Shown piece after piece: positions 11,607 to 21,566 of a stretch of DNA of 32,073 bases. Every line of letters starts with the position of its first letter. The stretch's first letter is position 1. The translations under genes were made by a program, and so were the position numbers. The DNA comes from Bigelowiella natans CCMP2755. Lineage: Eukaryota > Protista > Cercozoa. The stretch covers positions 1-32,073 of the forward strand of contig ADNK01000212.1 in the NCBI GenBank assembly GCA_000320545.1. The letters are read 5' to 3'. The notes under the pieces were generated by a model that was not told the DNA's origin, made no database searches, and was given only the letters and a program-made list of their open reading frames with translations.

Positions 11607-12192
11607 ATGGACACAATTAACCCTCAACATATTTCGTATTCCAGCACCAAGAGCATTGTGGTGGGTTCATAATTCTTGTTAATCTACATACCGACTTTGG
11701 TATCGAATTTTCATGGTTTGATGACGATGATGTGTGCTCTTTCTGTTCTGGTTTAGAACACTAAGGCTTGTTGCGCTGCTGATGCTTCCGGAGAGATCCT
11801 TCCTCTCAAGGTTGTTACTCACCAAACATAAGTGGATTTGTTCAATATCCAAGCTACAATTTGTTTGTACTAATGAACGACACCTGCAGGGAGGTAACCA
11901 GCTTGAAGAAGCCATGGCAAATGATTGTTGCTTGAAGTGGTGAGTCGAACTCTGTAATGGATGCCACACTACATATACGTAATATTTTTAACTAGAAGTG
12001 CAATCAACTGATAACTCAATTTCCATCATTTTCAGCCTCCTTCTCTCCATGTGCCCATGTTGCTTGTGCACCCTTGGAGGATCCTGCTTCGCTCCACACT
12101 GCTACCTGTATTGCTGCTACGGACAGGAATTGTTGGATGAATACAAGGCTCAAGCAGCACAGGGTGGTATGGGTGGTATGCCTGGTCAGTAA
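11607..12192 (+). CDS. Small cysteine-rich protein, 104 aa, unknown function (loosely PLAC8/Cys-string-like)
   Basis: Four phase-consistent GT-AG exons 11607-11660, 11757-11810, 11890-11939, 12036-12192: MDTINPQH...KACCAAD...ANDCCLKCLLLSMCPCCLCTLGGSCFAPHCYLYCCYGQELLDEYKAQ...MPGQ*. Confidence 0.72.
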
Positions 12193-12242
12193 AAATGGCA
12201 CGATTAATCAACCATGTATCTTAGCGGAATTTCTCAATTTTA

Positions 12243-12850
12243 CATGCTTTGAATTGCGGGCATCGATCACGTTCGTGCTGGCAGTCTGCATCATTGTGCG
12301 CATTAGACTGAACCTACTGGCAATTGTGATGGCATGACATTGCCTCCATTTTTCATTGCGTGTGGCAGTGCGATTCAGCTACGTCGCATCACTTGCACAG
12401 CTAGCATGCAAGTGCAACGTACAGGCTGCGACAGCACCGTCTGACTGTGTGAGACGGATGCAATGTGAATCGAATTGATGAAATCTTTTCAACGGTGGTC
12501 ACATGGTCATCCGCCTGATGTGGCCATCTATGGATTTCTCATTGTCACAATGGTGTGCGTCTCTGCACAGCATGACACTTTTGTCATTCAATGCCATGCA
12601 CACGCTGCAACGCAGCTGGCAACAATGATGGACACAGCAAACACAATGCGCGCGCATCTATCAAATCAGACATGCATCACATCATGTTGTTAGATGTCAC
12701 TTGGATGTACGTGCATCGTGGCATGTCACGCGCGCGGCCCAACGCAGCATGCAACGCAGCCTTCGATGCAAATTGCGACACACACAATGCTCGCGCATGA
12801 ACATGTGAATCAATTTTTTTATCAAAATGTAGATGGGTTCCAAGCCATCA
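12243..12850. other. TpA-depleted intergenic tract 3
   Basis: 9 TpA in 12243-12818, 7 of them in CTA or TAG; rich in TGCA/CATG/CACA. Confidence 0.8.
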
Positions 12851-12856
12851 GTTTTG

Positions 12857-13867
12857 TCAGCCGATTTCATCATGCATGGCAAATCTACATATTGCTACAA
12901 CAACCCTGAAATCACGCACCTCATTTGTTTTTTCTATTGCCTTGCTCAACACGTCCCTTTTCTTTGGATCAGTCTCTTTCTCCATCATGTAATAGACATA
13001 GTAATACATGTCTTCGAACCGTTTCAATCTTTTCATGCTCTCCTCAACTATGACTAAATTTGATGATGCAAGATCCGCTTCCGCTTTCTTTCTTATGGCT
13101 ACCTTAATGCGAGCTTCCTCTTCTTGAATAACAGCTTCCCCGTCTGCAATAGCTTCAAAATGAATGTCATGCTTGCTCCCACCGAACCCCACTTGGCTCG
13201 ATTCACTTGTCGATCCCGTTTCACTTATCGATCTCGAATGACTACGATAATTGCGTCTTTTCGCTCTTTTGCTCCTAGGTGTATCCCCCTCCCCTGATGA
13301 TGGTCTTTTTTTTGTTTTGAGCGAAACAAAGTCGACTCCGGATACTTGATCCTCCAGGGCGGTAGGGCTTCCAACGCTCTTCAACAATTCTTCATTCCCT
13401 GGTACTTCCATCAATCTGTAGAAAAAGATGATGTCCGATCGTCTTGTGAATGCTTCGATGCTTTTGTTTTGACCGGATTTCTCACAATTGTGAATCACCA
13501 CCTCCCATTCCGCCCTGAATTCTCGCCACTCATTTGCTAGCTTCGCTGCCGATTTTGGACAAGAAGTTGTGTCGGATGGGTCTAGATTGGACAAGGAAAT
13601 GTCATCTTCGAACGGGTTATCGGGCAACCATTCCTCATCGTTGAATTTTTCTTCCACCTTGAAGAACGCATGGTCCCAGGGCTTTGCATTGCGCGCTTTT
13701 GAATCCTTTTGAGGTCTTGTGAGTGCATCATTGCGATGAATGAAAGTCTCTTTCACGCCCTCCGACACAAACGAACAGAACATCCTGAGGGTGCTGTTGA
13801 CGTTCCATCTCCCACCCCGATTAGTCTGTTCCACGACAGTGCCCCTCGCCTCGTCGAATGCAGTCAA
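12857..13867 (-). CDS. Intronless 336-aa ORF, possibly a Myb/SANT-like (trihelix) transposon-associated protein; 5' end unclear, may be a pseudogene
   Basis: Long uninterrupted ORF with a globular N-terminal half (RWN..LRMF..LTRPQKD..KFND..LDP..SAAKLANEW..KSGQN..FFY), basic NLS-like stretches (KTKKRP, RSKRAKRR) and a coiled-coil tail. Family call is from motif resemblance only; the start is TTG and the frame is closed ~55 nt upstream. Confidence 0.5.
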   Translation of the reverse strand: MTAFDEARGTVVEQTNRGGRWNVNSTLRMFCSFVSEGVKETFIHRNDALTRPQKDSKARNAKPWDHAFFKVEEKFNDEEWLPDNPFEDDISLSNLDPSDTTSCPKSAAKLANEWREFRAEWEVVIHNCEKSGQNKSIEAFTRRSDIIFFYRLMEVPGNEELLKSVGSPTALEDQVSGVDFVSLKTKKRPSSGEGDTPRSKRAKRRNYRSHSRSISETGSTSESSQVGFGGSKHDIHFEAIADGEAVIQEEEARIKVAIRKKAEADLASSNLVIVEESMKRLKRFEDMYYYVYYMMEKETDPKKRDVLSKAIEKTNEVRDFRVVVAICRFAMHDEIG

Positions 13868-14292
13868 AAGCAGGGACGTGATGAAGAGCCTTAACAGGGT
13901 TATGGACTCCCGGGAATTTCATTTTTCTCTCCTTTATCGCAGGTATCAACACTTTTTTTTGCGGGGCACGGTCCCAACCATGGGTTTCATGTGCGTGGTA
14001 TTTGAAATCGCTCCTCAAGAAGGTCGAAGGATCTTGCATGAATTTCCAAGTGACAAAAATATTTTCGTTCTTGCTTGTGGTTCTTTGCTTCCCATCATTT
14101 CTTACCCAAGGTACTGCTGGCGTGGATGGTATAACTCCTTGGTTGAACACTGGTTGGGTCACATTGCGCAAGTGAGTTCCTGAACTACTCTCGGAGTGTG
14201 CTGCTGGCTGTTCGTCAGATTGGACACCAGGTTAAACGACAGTGTCAACGTTTGACACGTTCATTGATACCTGCGGGTTGAGAACAAATCGC

Positions 14293-14836
14293 ATGGCGAG
14301 TTAACAATTATCAGAACGAATTAAAGACCGTATATGCCTTTGACTTCGAGTTAGAGAAGAAACAACTGAAAGAAATCCAATGTTGTTCGTACCTATGCTG
14401 TCCCCTCAATATTTGTTGCTGTCCGCCATGCATTACTAATGCGAATATTGATGATGAGGTGAGTGCGAAGAATCTGTGGATTGATGCAGAAGGTGTGACC
14501 TACTTTGTGGATAAGCACAAAAGTGGATGCTGCCGGTTCGAGTGTGAGGACGTAGGTGGGTACATTTGCTGGGAAGATGGATTTGTGTCTCTTTTCATTG
14601 TCTTCTAGTGATATGCTTTCTGTGTCGATTGTTCTCCCTTTTGCCCACGTAACACGTACGCACACACATACAAACACATTCTTTCTACAGGTGCATTGAC
14701 GAAATTCGTACCTTATGATCGGATCCAGGACATGGCTCTCAGGGAACCTGCCGGCGCTGTGAATGGATGTTGTTGCGTAAAACAGCGTCTACACTATGTT
14801 GGAATTCAGACTGCGGGTATTTTGTCTGTGCGTGCA

Positions 14837-14880
<44 letters not shown>

Positions 14881-15226
14881 TGCGTGTTTGTGTGTGTTTT
14901 TTGCTCCATTCCTTTTTCACAAAACCATGCATCATTTTTAATTCATGTTAGGTTCTGCTGGTGCACCCGAAATCAACGTGTGGGGAGTCAAAGACGCAAT
15001 CGGATTTCGCAACGCTGTGCTTCTGAAAATAAAAAAAAGACCTGGTGGCATGACAGCAGGCGGGGTTGGAATGGGTGCAGCACAGAGCAAGATGTCGAGC
15101 ACTCCATTGGCGGCGGCGGGTGGCGGCAACATGGAGGCACTTTTAGCAGAGAACAATGCCTTGCTTCGGAAACAGTTGAAACTACTCGAGGTCATTGCAA
15201 AGACTTCGCAGGAAAAGATGGAGTGA
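14293..15226 (+). CDS. bPH_2 (bacterial-type PH / DUF304-like) domain protein with Cys-rich N-terminus
   Basis: Exons 14315-14555, 14691-14816, 14952-15226 are phase-consistent: ...CCSYLCCPLNICCCPPC...KFVPYDRIQDMALREPAG...VGIQTAGSAGAPEINVWGVKDAIGFRNAVL...LEVIAKTSQEKME*. The ATG at 14293 is one base out of frame, so the start is tentative. Confidence 0.75.
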
Positions 15227-16170
15227 ATCACCGACATTGAAAGTGGCATGCCATGTGCACGTGTGCATTCATGTGTGCGTTGAGCACGTGTGTCGAGACG
15301 TCGAGACTTGTTTGGTGCATGGCAGCATGTGTCATGTTCGAGGGCGCAGACAAAGGGAGAGATGAAATAAAAGCGTGTTGATAAGGGTTGACATTGATGT
15401 AAACATTGGACTCAGTTGACCAGTTCGATTGCACTGATGCCCATAGCATTGCAACTGACATGCTGAAGTCCTTTCCAACCGCAGACCATTTTGCTGTTGC
15501 GACATGCATGCATCGCTCGCTAGCTTTTTGTTTGCTCGTGCGTGCTGTGCGCAAAGCCCCAAATGCAACTGGTGCTGTGAGGTGTACATAGTCGCGGGCG
15601 TGCTGTGCTCACACCAACAGTCCTACGAATGTGGTTGCTTATCGACTGCACCGAGAAACACACCCCCCGATCGAAGATCAACGGTTTTGCGAAACGCAAG
15701 CAATCGCCCGGTGCACATTGCACGTCCGTCTCACGTGCATCGACCACTCAATGCCACAAATGCAGCTACAGTCGTGTGCATGTGCAGCTACACAGCATGT
15801 AGCAGACGCACAGCGAAATGATGACTCAAAAGCTAGGTCTCCACATGCCTATACTAAGCATCCATGAACATCTTGTTTGCGTCTCTTGTAGCATCTGTCT
15901 CATTTTTCAGTGTTCAGGTTTGGGAAATATGCCCACTGCATGTTCACAGCATGCAACGATGTGTAGTTTGCACATCTACATTAGGATGACTAATGACAAA
16001 CTCAATCATTACACCTGTCTCATAGTATGCACAGACTGTGTCTATTGTATTGGTCTTTTAATCCATTTTAACATTTCGACGAAACAGCTTAGGTTCTTAT
16101 ACATGGAGCAATGCAACATAAGTACTGCCAGATGGCGAATTGTCATGCATAATTGCACAGCTGTAGGAGT
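15227..16170. other. TpA-depleted intergenic tract 4 (between convergent genes)
   Basis: Long TA-free runs (e.g. 15227-15366, 15645-15765), mixed RY runs such as atgtgcacgtgtgcat (15253-15268); many residual TpA are CTA/TAG. Depletion fades toward 16170. Confidence 0.72.
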
Positions 16171-16185
16171 TGCGCAGCCTATATT

Positions 16186-16580
16186 CTAAAGCTCTATCAG
16201 CTTCTTGAAAGCAGCAGCAAAATCTTTGAAAAAAAGATCCTGGTCCTTTGCATACGCCTAATGAGTCAATTACTCGATCAATTTGATGGGACTTAAGTTG
16301 AATATTCAGATATACTTGTTACCACAACTAAAAAACTAGACAGGGGAAATAAACAAAACATAAACTATCATTATGTGTCCTAACTTGTGCGTAAGGGGCA
16401 AATATTGGATCGCGAATGAGCTCCAGATCTAAGAAAATGAACAACACACATCTCTTCATATTGATTTAAGACCTACAGTGCAATCATTGTCATCATTGTA
16501 TCATCAGTGCTGTCCGTGAATGGATCATTTCCCCCTCCTCTATATTTAATTACAGAAACCGTCGATACTTATATTGTACA

Positions 16581-16618
<38 letters not shown>

Positions 16619-18252
16619 CACAAATAATTGAATCAAAGGCCAATCATCATCCCCCCGCCTCTCCTATTGGAAGCAGGGCATACGAATAGAGAGACAAGTT
16701 GGAGGGGCTAAGGAATCATGGTACGCGTAAATCTAGTATCCTCCTCCTCCTCCTCTTCCTTCTCCCTCCTCATCGAAGAGTAGAGCAAAAATCAATATAA
16801 CCGGTCGGAAGCATCATGAGATCATTTTCAGGGTTTTGATATTGAAGGGGGCCATTCCACTCCCTGATCGTCCACTTGGTGTCGTGCAAACGCTTGAAGT
16901 ACTCATTGGAGAACGTCGTCGGAGACCGCACCCAAGGCCCATCGTAGCCACTTCGACTTGTATGGCACCGACCTATTAGTAGGATAGGGAAGGATTCGGA
17001 ATGAGCTCTCTGTAAGAAAACTCGAAGTGGTGGATCTTTATGGCTTCCTTTGATCAAGCCGGGAGACTATGTGGTGCAAAATGAATTCTAAAACGCACGT
17101 TCGCGCAAGTTATTGATATGGAGTTCGGGTTAGGGACGGGTTCGGGAGGATTTTTTTTCAAATTTATGAATATACCAAGAACATGGGCGCCAGAAAGGGC
17201 AACAATCTCCTGATCCGACAATCCCTGTTTTTTGCGTTTTGTTGTCAGCTCATGGCATTCGATGGTTTTGAACGGATCGCATGCGCTGATAATTAACACT
17301 TTCTCGAGGGAAAGGAAACATCATTTGCGTATCATACTGTGTGGCAATTTGCACACACCATTCTGTAGAAAACGGCACGGAGATGGTCTGCATTCCTAGA
17401 GGCATCAGGCAGTCGCCCCACGGGTGGACAACAATGCTTGCATTTCTTGTCCGTGCGCCCAGGTGTCCAATCAATGTGCGGTCCTATGCGGTGCATAGAC
17501 GTAAATATTATCAATTTAGCATGAGATGATGTCGGGAATGCAATTTTTTAAGTGACCTCCGAGCTCTTCGATGGCGACGCATCCTAATCCAACGATGTCA
17601 TCCCGTTATTGACTTTTATCGCTCGCTCGCTCGAGAGAAATGTGATATACCTCCCTCCTCCCCTTCCCTTTCATTATGATTTTGTTTTTCAAAAAAATGA
17701 TTTGGGTGATGATACCTGCAAGAGTCCATAGATCTGAGTAAGAGATCTCTGGGAATTGGGCCTTAATTGGCTCGAGAAGGTCTCTTGCCACATCGAGACC
17801 CGCATTTGCTGGATCATCAGCCTCCGGCTGGAATCGCATAGTTGCGCCGCATGATCCACCAGAATTGTCGAATACGGAGAACCTGCACACAAACTCTAGT
17901 CTTAAATCTTGTTCCGTTCCGTTGCGCTTTATATATTCATCATCACTACATCATGTCTTTGTCGTAGATATTATTGAGGCTACTACGTTCCACTGGAGTG
18001 CCAGGCAAGCCGGACAAGGACAGGCCCGTAGCTACCATCATCGTAGTCCAGATTATCCAACTTGTCAGCCACGGCCTTTCTAACGGCGGAATAGTCGAAG
18101 GTTTCAGCCTTCCCTTCCTCCGCAATTCCACGACGAAACAAGCCTTGCGCGAGCAGTGCCACACCAGAAGCGCCCACACCATATCCCATGGCACGCAACG
18201 AAGAGGGGCTAGCCTTCGCCGATTTCAGTTGACGAAGCAAACGGACGAACAT
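16186..18252 (-). CDS. CCP1: Cytochrome c peroxidase, mitochondrial (class I heme peroxidase)
   Basis: Spliced product has an Arg/Ser/Ala-rich presequence ([20 protein letters not shown]), [21 protein letters not shown] (distal R-x-x-W-H), [42 protein letters not shown] (proximal His), SGYDGPW (Trp191 equivalent), [28 protein letters not shown]. Confidence 0.92.
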
Positions 18253-18841
18253 GCAAGGATCTGAGGAGTTACGTATGGCTTGGGGAGGGGGCAGCAACGA
18301 AATGATTTGGACAAATATTAAACAGATGTATGACTGATGAAGCCTCTCACTGATTCCGGCACTGCAAACCCAGCACCAGTCGACCACACAAAAATTTCTG
18401 GAACTTCACTCTTGGGCAGATATCCTACAGAAGTCGGACCAACCTTGATTTCACTCGAAGCAACTCGCAAAGAAGGATCACAAAAGAAACAGGAAGGGCG
18501 TAATCTTACGATGAGACAGGAAAATGATCATGTCGCTGTACATAAAGGACATAAGAATTTATGTTCTCTCTTTTTTCAGGTGATTTTCCCTTGGTTTCTC
18601 TCAGCTGTTGCAGCGTCCTATGAAAGAAAAAATATCTACAACGGACCGTTGAAATGTCAGTTACATTAAAGGTGCTCTCTTGTGCACATTTGGAAAGCGC
18701 AATCTCTTACGAGTTCGCACGAGAACAGGTGGCTGCTATCACATGCCCCCCTGCGTTTTTGACTCGTTAGTGAGCTTCAACAAAATTAATCTCTCTTGAT
18801 CAATAAGATCGACGAACCATCGTCACAAAAATCAAATCACT
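18253..18841. promoter_or_regulatory. Putative bidirectional promoter between CCP1 and the AhpD-like gene
   Basis: 589 bp between two divergent start codons; inferred from layout only, no specific motif identified. Confidence 0.45.
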
Positions 18842-19981
18842 ATGAAGTTTGTAGCTTCCACTTTACTCTCATGCCTTCTCCTCGCTTCTGCAGCCAGTGC
18901 TTACACTGCAGAAGACCGTGAGGCTTCTATCAAATGGGTCACCGGACTTGGATTTCCAAATCTTAAGGTTCTGATCATATGGTGACGGGGGTGGCGTTTG
19001 TGGTGACAACTAAAGAGTCAATCATCGTTTTCGTCGTTTTTAATGGTCACACTGACATGGGTTTTGAGCAGGCTTGGTCAATGATGACGCCAAAGATGTT
19101 GAAGACGGTTTTGAACATCTACACTACGTCGATGAAAGAGGATTCTTTTGAGTACTTCACACCGGCTGAGATCGAAGTACACAACTGCAAATACACTGGC
19201 GTCGAAAACAATGATTAGAATATCGATAAGCATCATCATTATGATGATAGTAATAACTGCTATGGTGATGATGATTTCTATTGATGATGACGATGATGGT
19301 GATGGATATCTTTCTTGTAATTCACACATTCCCACCTCGCTTCAGGTTGTATATGCAGCAGTCTCTGCATCGAACAATTGTGAGCTGTGTCTTTCTTTCC
19401 ATTCCATGATGATGGGAAAAGGAGGGCATGCAAGCGATGACATCAAAGAAATCGTAGCTGGTGGTTTACCTAAGGAGAAGAAAATTCGTGGAGCTGTCGT
19501 CGCGGTGACTCATACCTACCCATGACAGCTACAACACCCTAGTTTCCCAGCTCATCGCCGAGCATTTCCCCTTCTTATTTGAATCACACTTCAGGCGAAG
19601 TATGCCCTGGCCCACAAGGGTGTATTCCTTGATAGGGAGAAGAAACATCTGAAGGCTCTGGGCTATGAAGGAGAGAAGCTTGCTGAGTACGACATTGATC
19701 ATATCGTTGAATGAACACACGTGCGCAAATACATACATTTAGCCCATGCATTTCAATAGCACCATATATACTTTAGCAACTCCGTGGATTCGATCCTTAA
19801 CTTCCCTCGTCTAATGTTGCAATATGTTTCCAATAGGTTGAACTTTATGGTCGGGCTGATGTCTTCGATGAACCAGAATTATGTGCATCTCATCTCGGAG
19901 GGCCTTGAGGTTGAGGAGTTCTTGCAGCAGGCTGGTCCGTTTGCTGACACCGTATATGCACACGGTAAAGACGATCTTTGA
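18842..19981 (+). CDS. AhpD/CMD-like alkylhydroperoxidase-family protein, 208 aa, signal peptide and C-terminal KDDL
   Basis: Exons 18842-18967, 19072-19176, 19346-19504, 19595-19686, 19837-19981 are phase-consistent. MKFVASTLLSCLLLASAASA signal peptide; EIEVVYAAVSASNNCELCLSFH fits the AhpD E-x11-CxxC-xxx-H motif; ends AHGKDDL*. Confidence 0.85.
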
Positions 19982-20204
19982 ATTGTCACAAACTAACAGT
20001 ATGCGGTTCTGCCTTGTGGCAAATGTTGCAAATGCAGATAGCAAGTTTGAACTCGTGCGTTCTCAAAACGCCAGAGCAGTTTCAAAATAGAGCATGTCTT
20101 CTAGAGACAAACTCGATAAATTCCTATTGCACGCCGAGTTTGCTACCAAACCGAGTGTGTCAGCACACCGGTCCAGTGTGCTCAGAGAAAATAACAAGTA
20201 GTGC

Positions 20205-21148
20205 GCCAAAGAAGTCATGAATCATCATCTCAAATTGCAAAACATGACAGCTCACAATGATTTGTCTACTAGCCACATGGGCTGACATGCACAGCCGCCA
20301 TGTTCATGCCGCTAGGGCTAGCAAACTTCGCTACCACTGAACAGGTTTGACCCGCAAGCTCCACCGCCACACACGTGCCTCTCCCATAACCGCGCCTTCT
20401 TCCCTCCCAAGAATCCAAATTGAAGGGCGTGCTAACGAATGGCACATGGCATGCATGATGCATGTCGTTTGCGTTGTGCGTCAATGTTCCTGGGCTCAGC
20501 AGAGCTTCATGTTGCAAAAAAAATGAAAAGACAAAAACTGCTGAACCAAACCAGGCAAAATGAGCGAAAAACAGCTTGTTCAGACGAGAAGAAAAGTGTG
20601 CAGAGAATGACATTGAGATGTGCACAAACATCGAACTCGATCTCCCAACAAGAAGCATGCAAGCGAGTCAACACTGCTGTGTTCAGTGTTGGGCTTTTCT
20701 GCATCCAAGTGTGCAGCGCGGCCGTCTCATGTCGTTTGATGCTTCCCTTGTTCACCTGCCCACGCTACCTGCCGACCGCCATCCCTCCACACTCTCCACA
20801 CTGCCTTCCTGCCCCCACATGCACCCCGGTGAAGAGGATGTCTCCCGATGTCGCAAAGGAACCTGCCAGTGACAGCCTCGTCACACATTCACACATCGTC
20901 CGTGTTGGTGCCGACAGTTCTGTCCCCGTCCCCTTCTTCGTTTCCTTGGCCCAGTCCTGATCGTCTCGGGTCGGAGCTCTCTGGAGGCAGCATCTGCGGT
21001 TGAAGCTCCCTTCCCCCGCTGACGAACTTCAGGCGCATCCTCGGCTTCTTCGCATTCGCGCCTGTGGACTCTCCCGGGCCGTTCGCGCCGTCGTTGGCCC
21101 GGTCAACATCTTCGTCATGCTGTTCCCAGGGCAGCCACTGGAAGCGGC
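20205..21148. other. TpA-depleted intergenic tract 5
   Basis: Only one TpA (CTAC at ~20766) in 20435-21148 (714 bp). A second TpA-free run covers ~21360-21765 on the other side of the 5S gene. Confidence 0.88.
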
Positions 21149-21203
21149 TACGTGTGTGTAAATTTTTTGATGGTCTGGGTGTCACAACAGAGGTACATCT
21201 TGT

Positions 21204-21322
21204 GGATACGACCATACCACGACTAATACACCCGATCCCTGCCGAACTCGGAAGTTAAGCGTCGTTGGGACTCGTTAGTACTGCGGTGGGGGACCACGCG
21301 GGAACACGGCGTTGTTGTATCC
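21204..21322 (+). rRNA. 5S ribosomal RNA gene (single copy in window)
   Basis: 119 nt GGATACGACCATACC...GATCCC..CCGAACTCGGAAGTTAAGC...TTAGTACTGCGGTGGGGGACCACGCGGGAA...GTTGTATCC. Helix I (GGATACGAC/GTTGTATCC), helix II (ACGAC/GTCGT), helix III (CCGA/TCGG) and helix IV pair; box A-like AGTTAAGC and box C-like region present. Confidence 0.95.
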
Positions 21323-21329
21323 ATATCTC

Positions 21330-21345
21330 TTTTTTCCTATTTTTT
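21330..21345 (+). terminator. RNA polymerase III oligo-T terminator of the 5S gene
   Basis: Two T6 runs starting 8 nt after the 5S 3' end. Confidence 0.75.
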
Positions 21346-21566
21346 CTCATTTATTATTTTCCCCTCAATTCGCCGTGCATGCTTGGATGTTTTCGGCGTG
21401 AATTTTTTTTTTCCCCCCCACCATCTGCAACCCGAAAAAGTTCGGCTCAATCGTTTCGGATGATTGCGGCACGTTTTTTTGTCTGTTTGTCTCAAAAGGC
21501 ACAGAGAGCCGAGCGCGAAGCCAGGGGCTGAGCCGGGCCGACGTCGCCCCCGCGAGGTCTGGTCCG

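Noticed and set aside
14232-14248. GTGTCAA-CGT-TTGACAC hairpin with CTGG-T nearby on the minus strand (Helitron-like 3' end)
   Set aside because: Short stem, no RepHel ORF or matching 5' end, and the implied element would contain an ordinary host gene.
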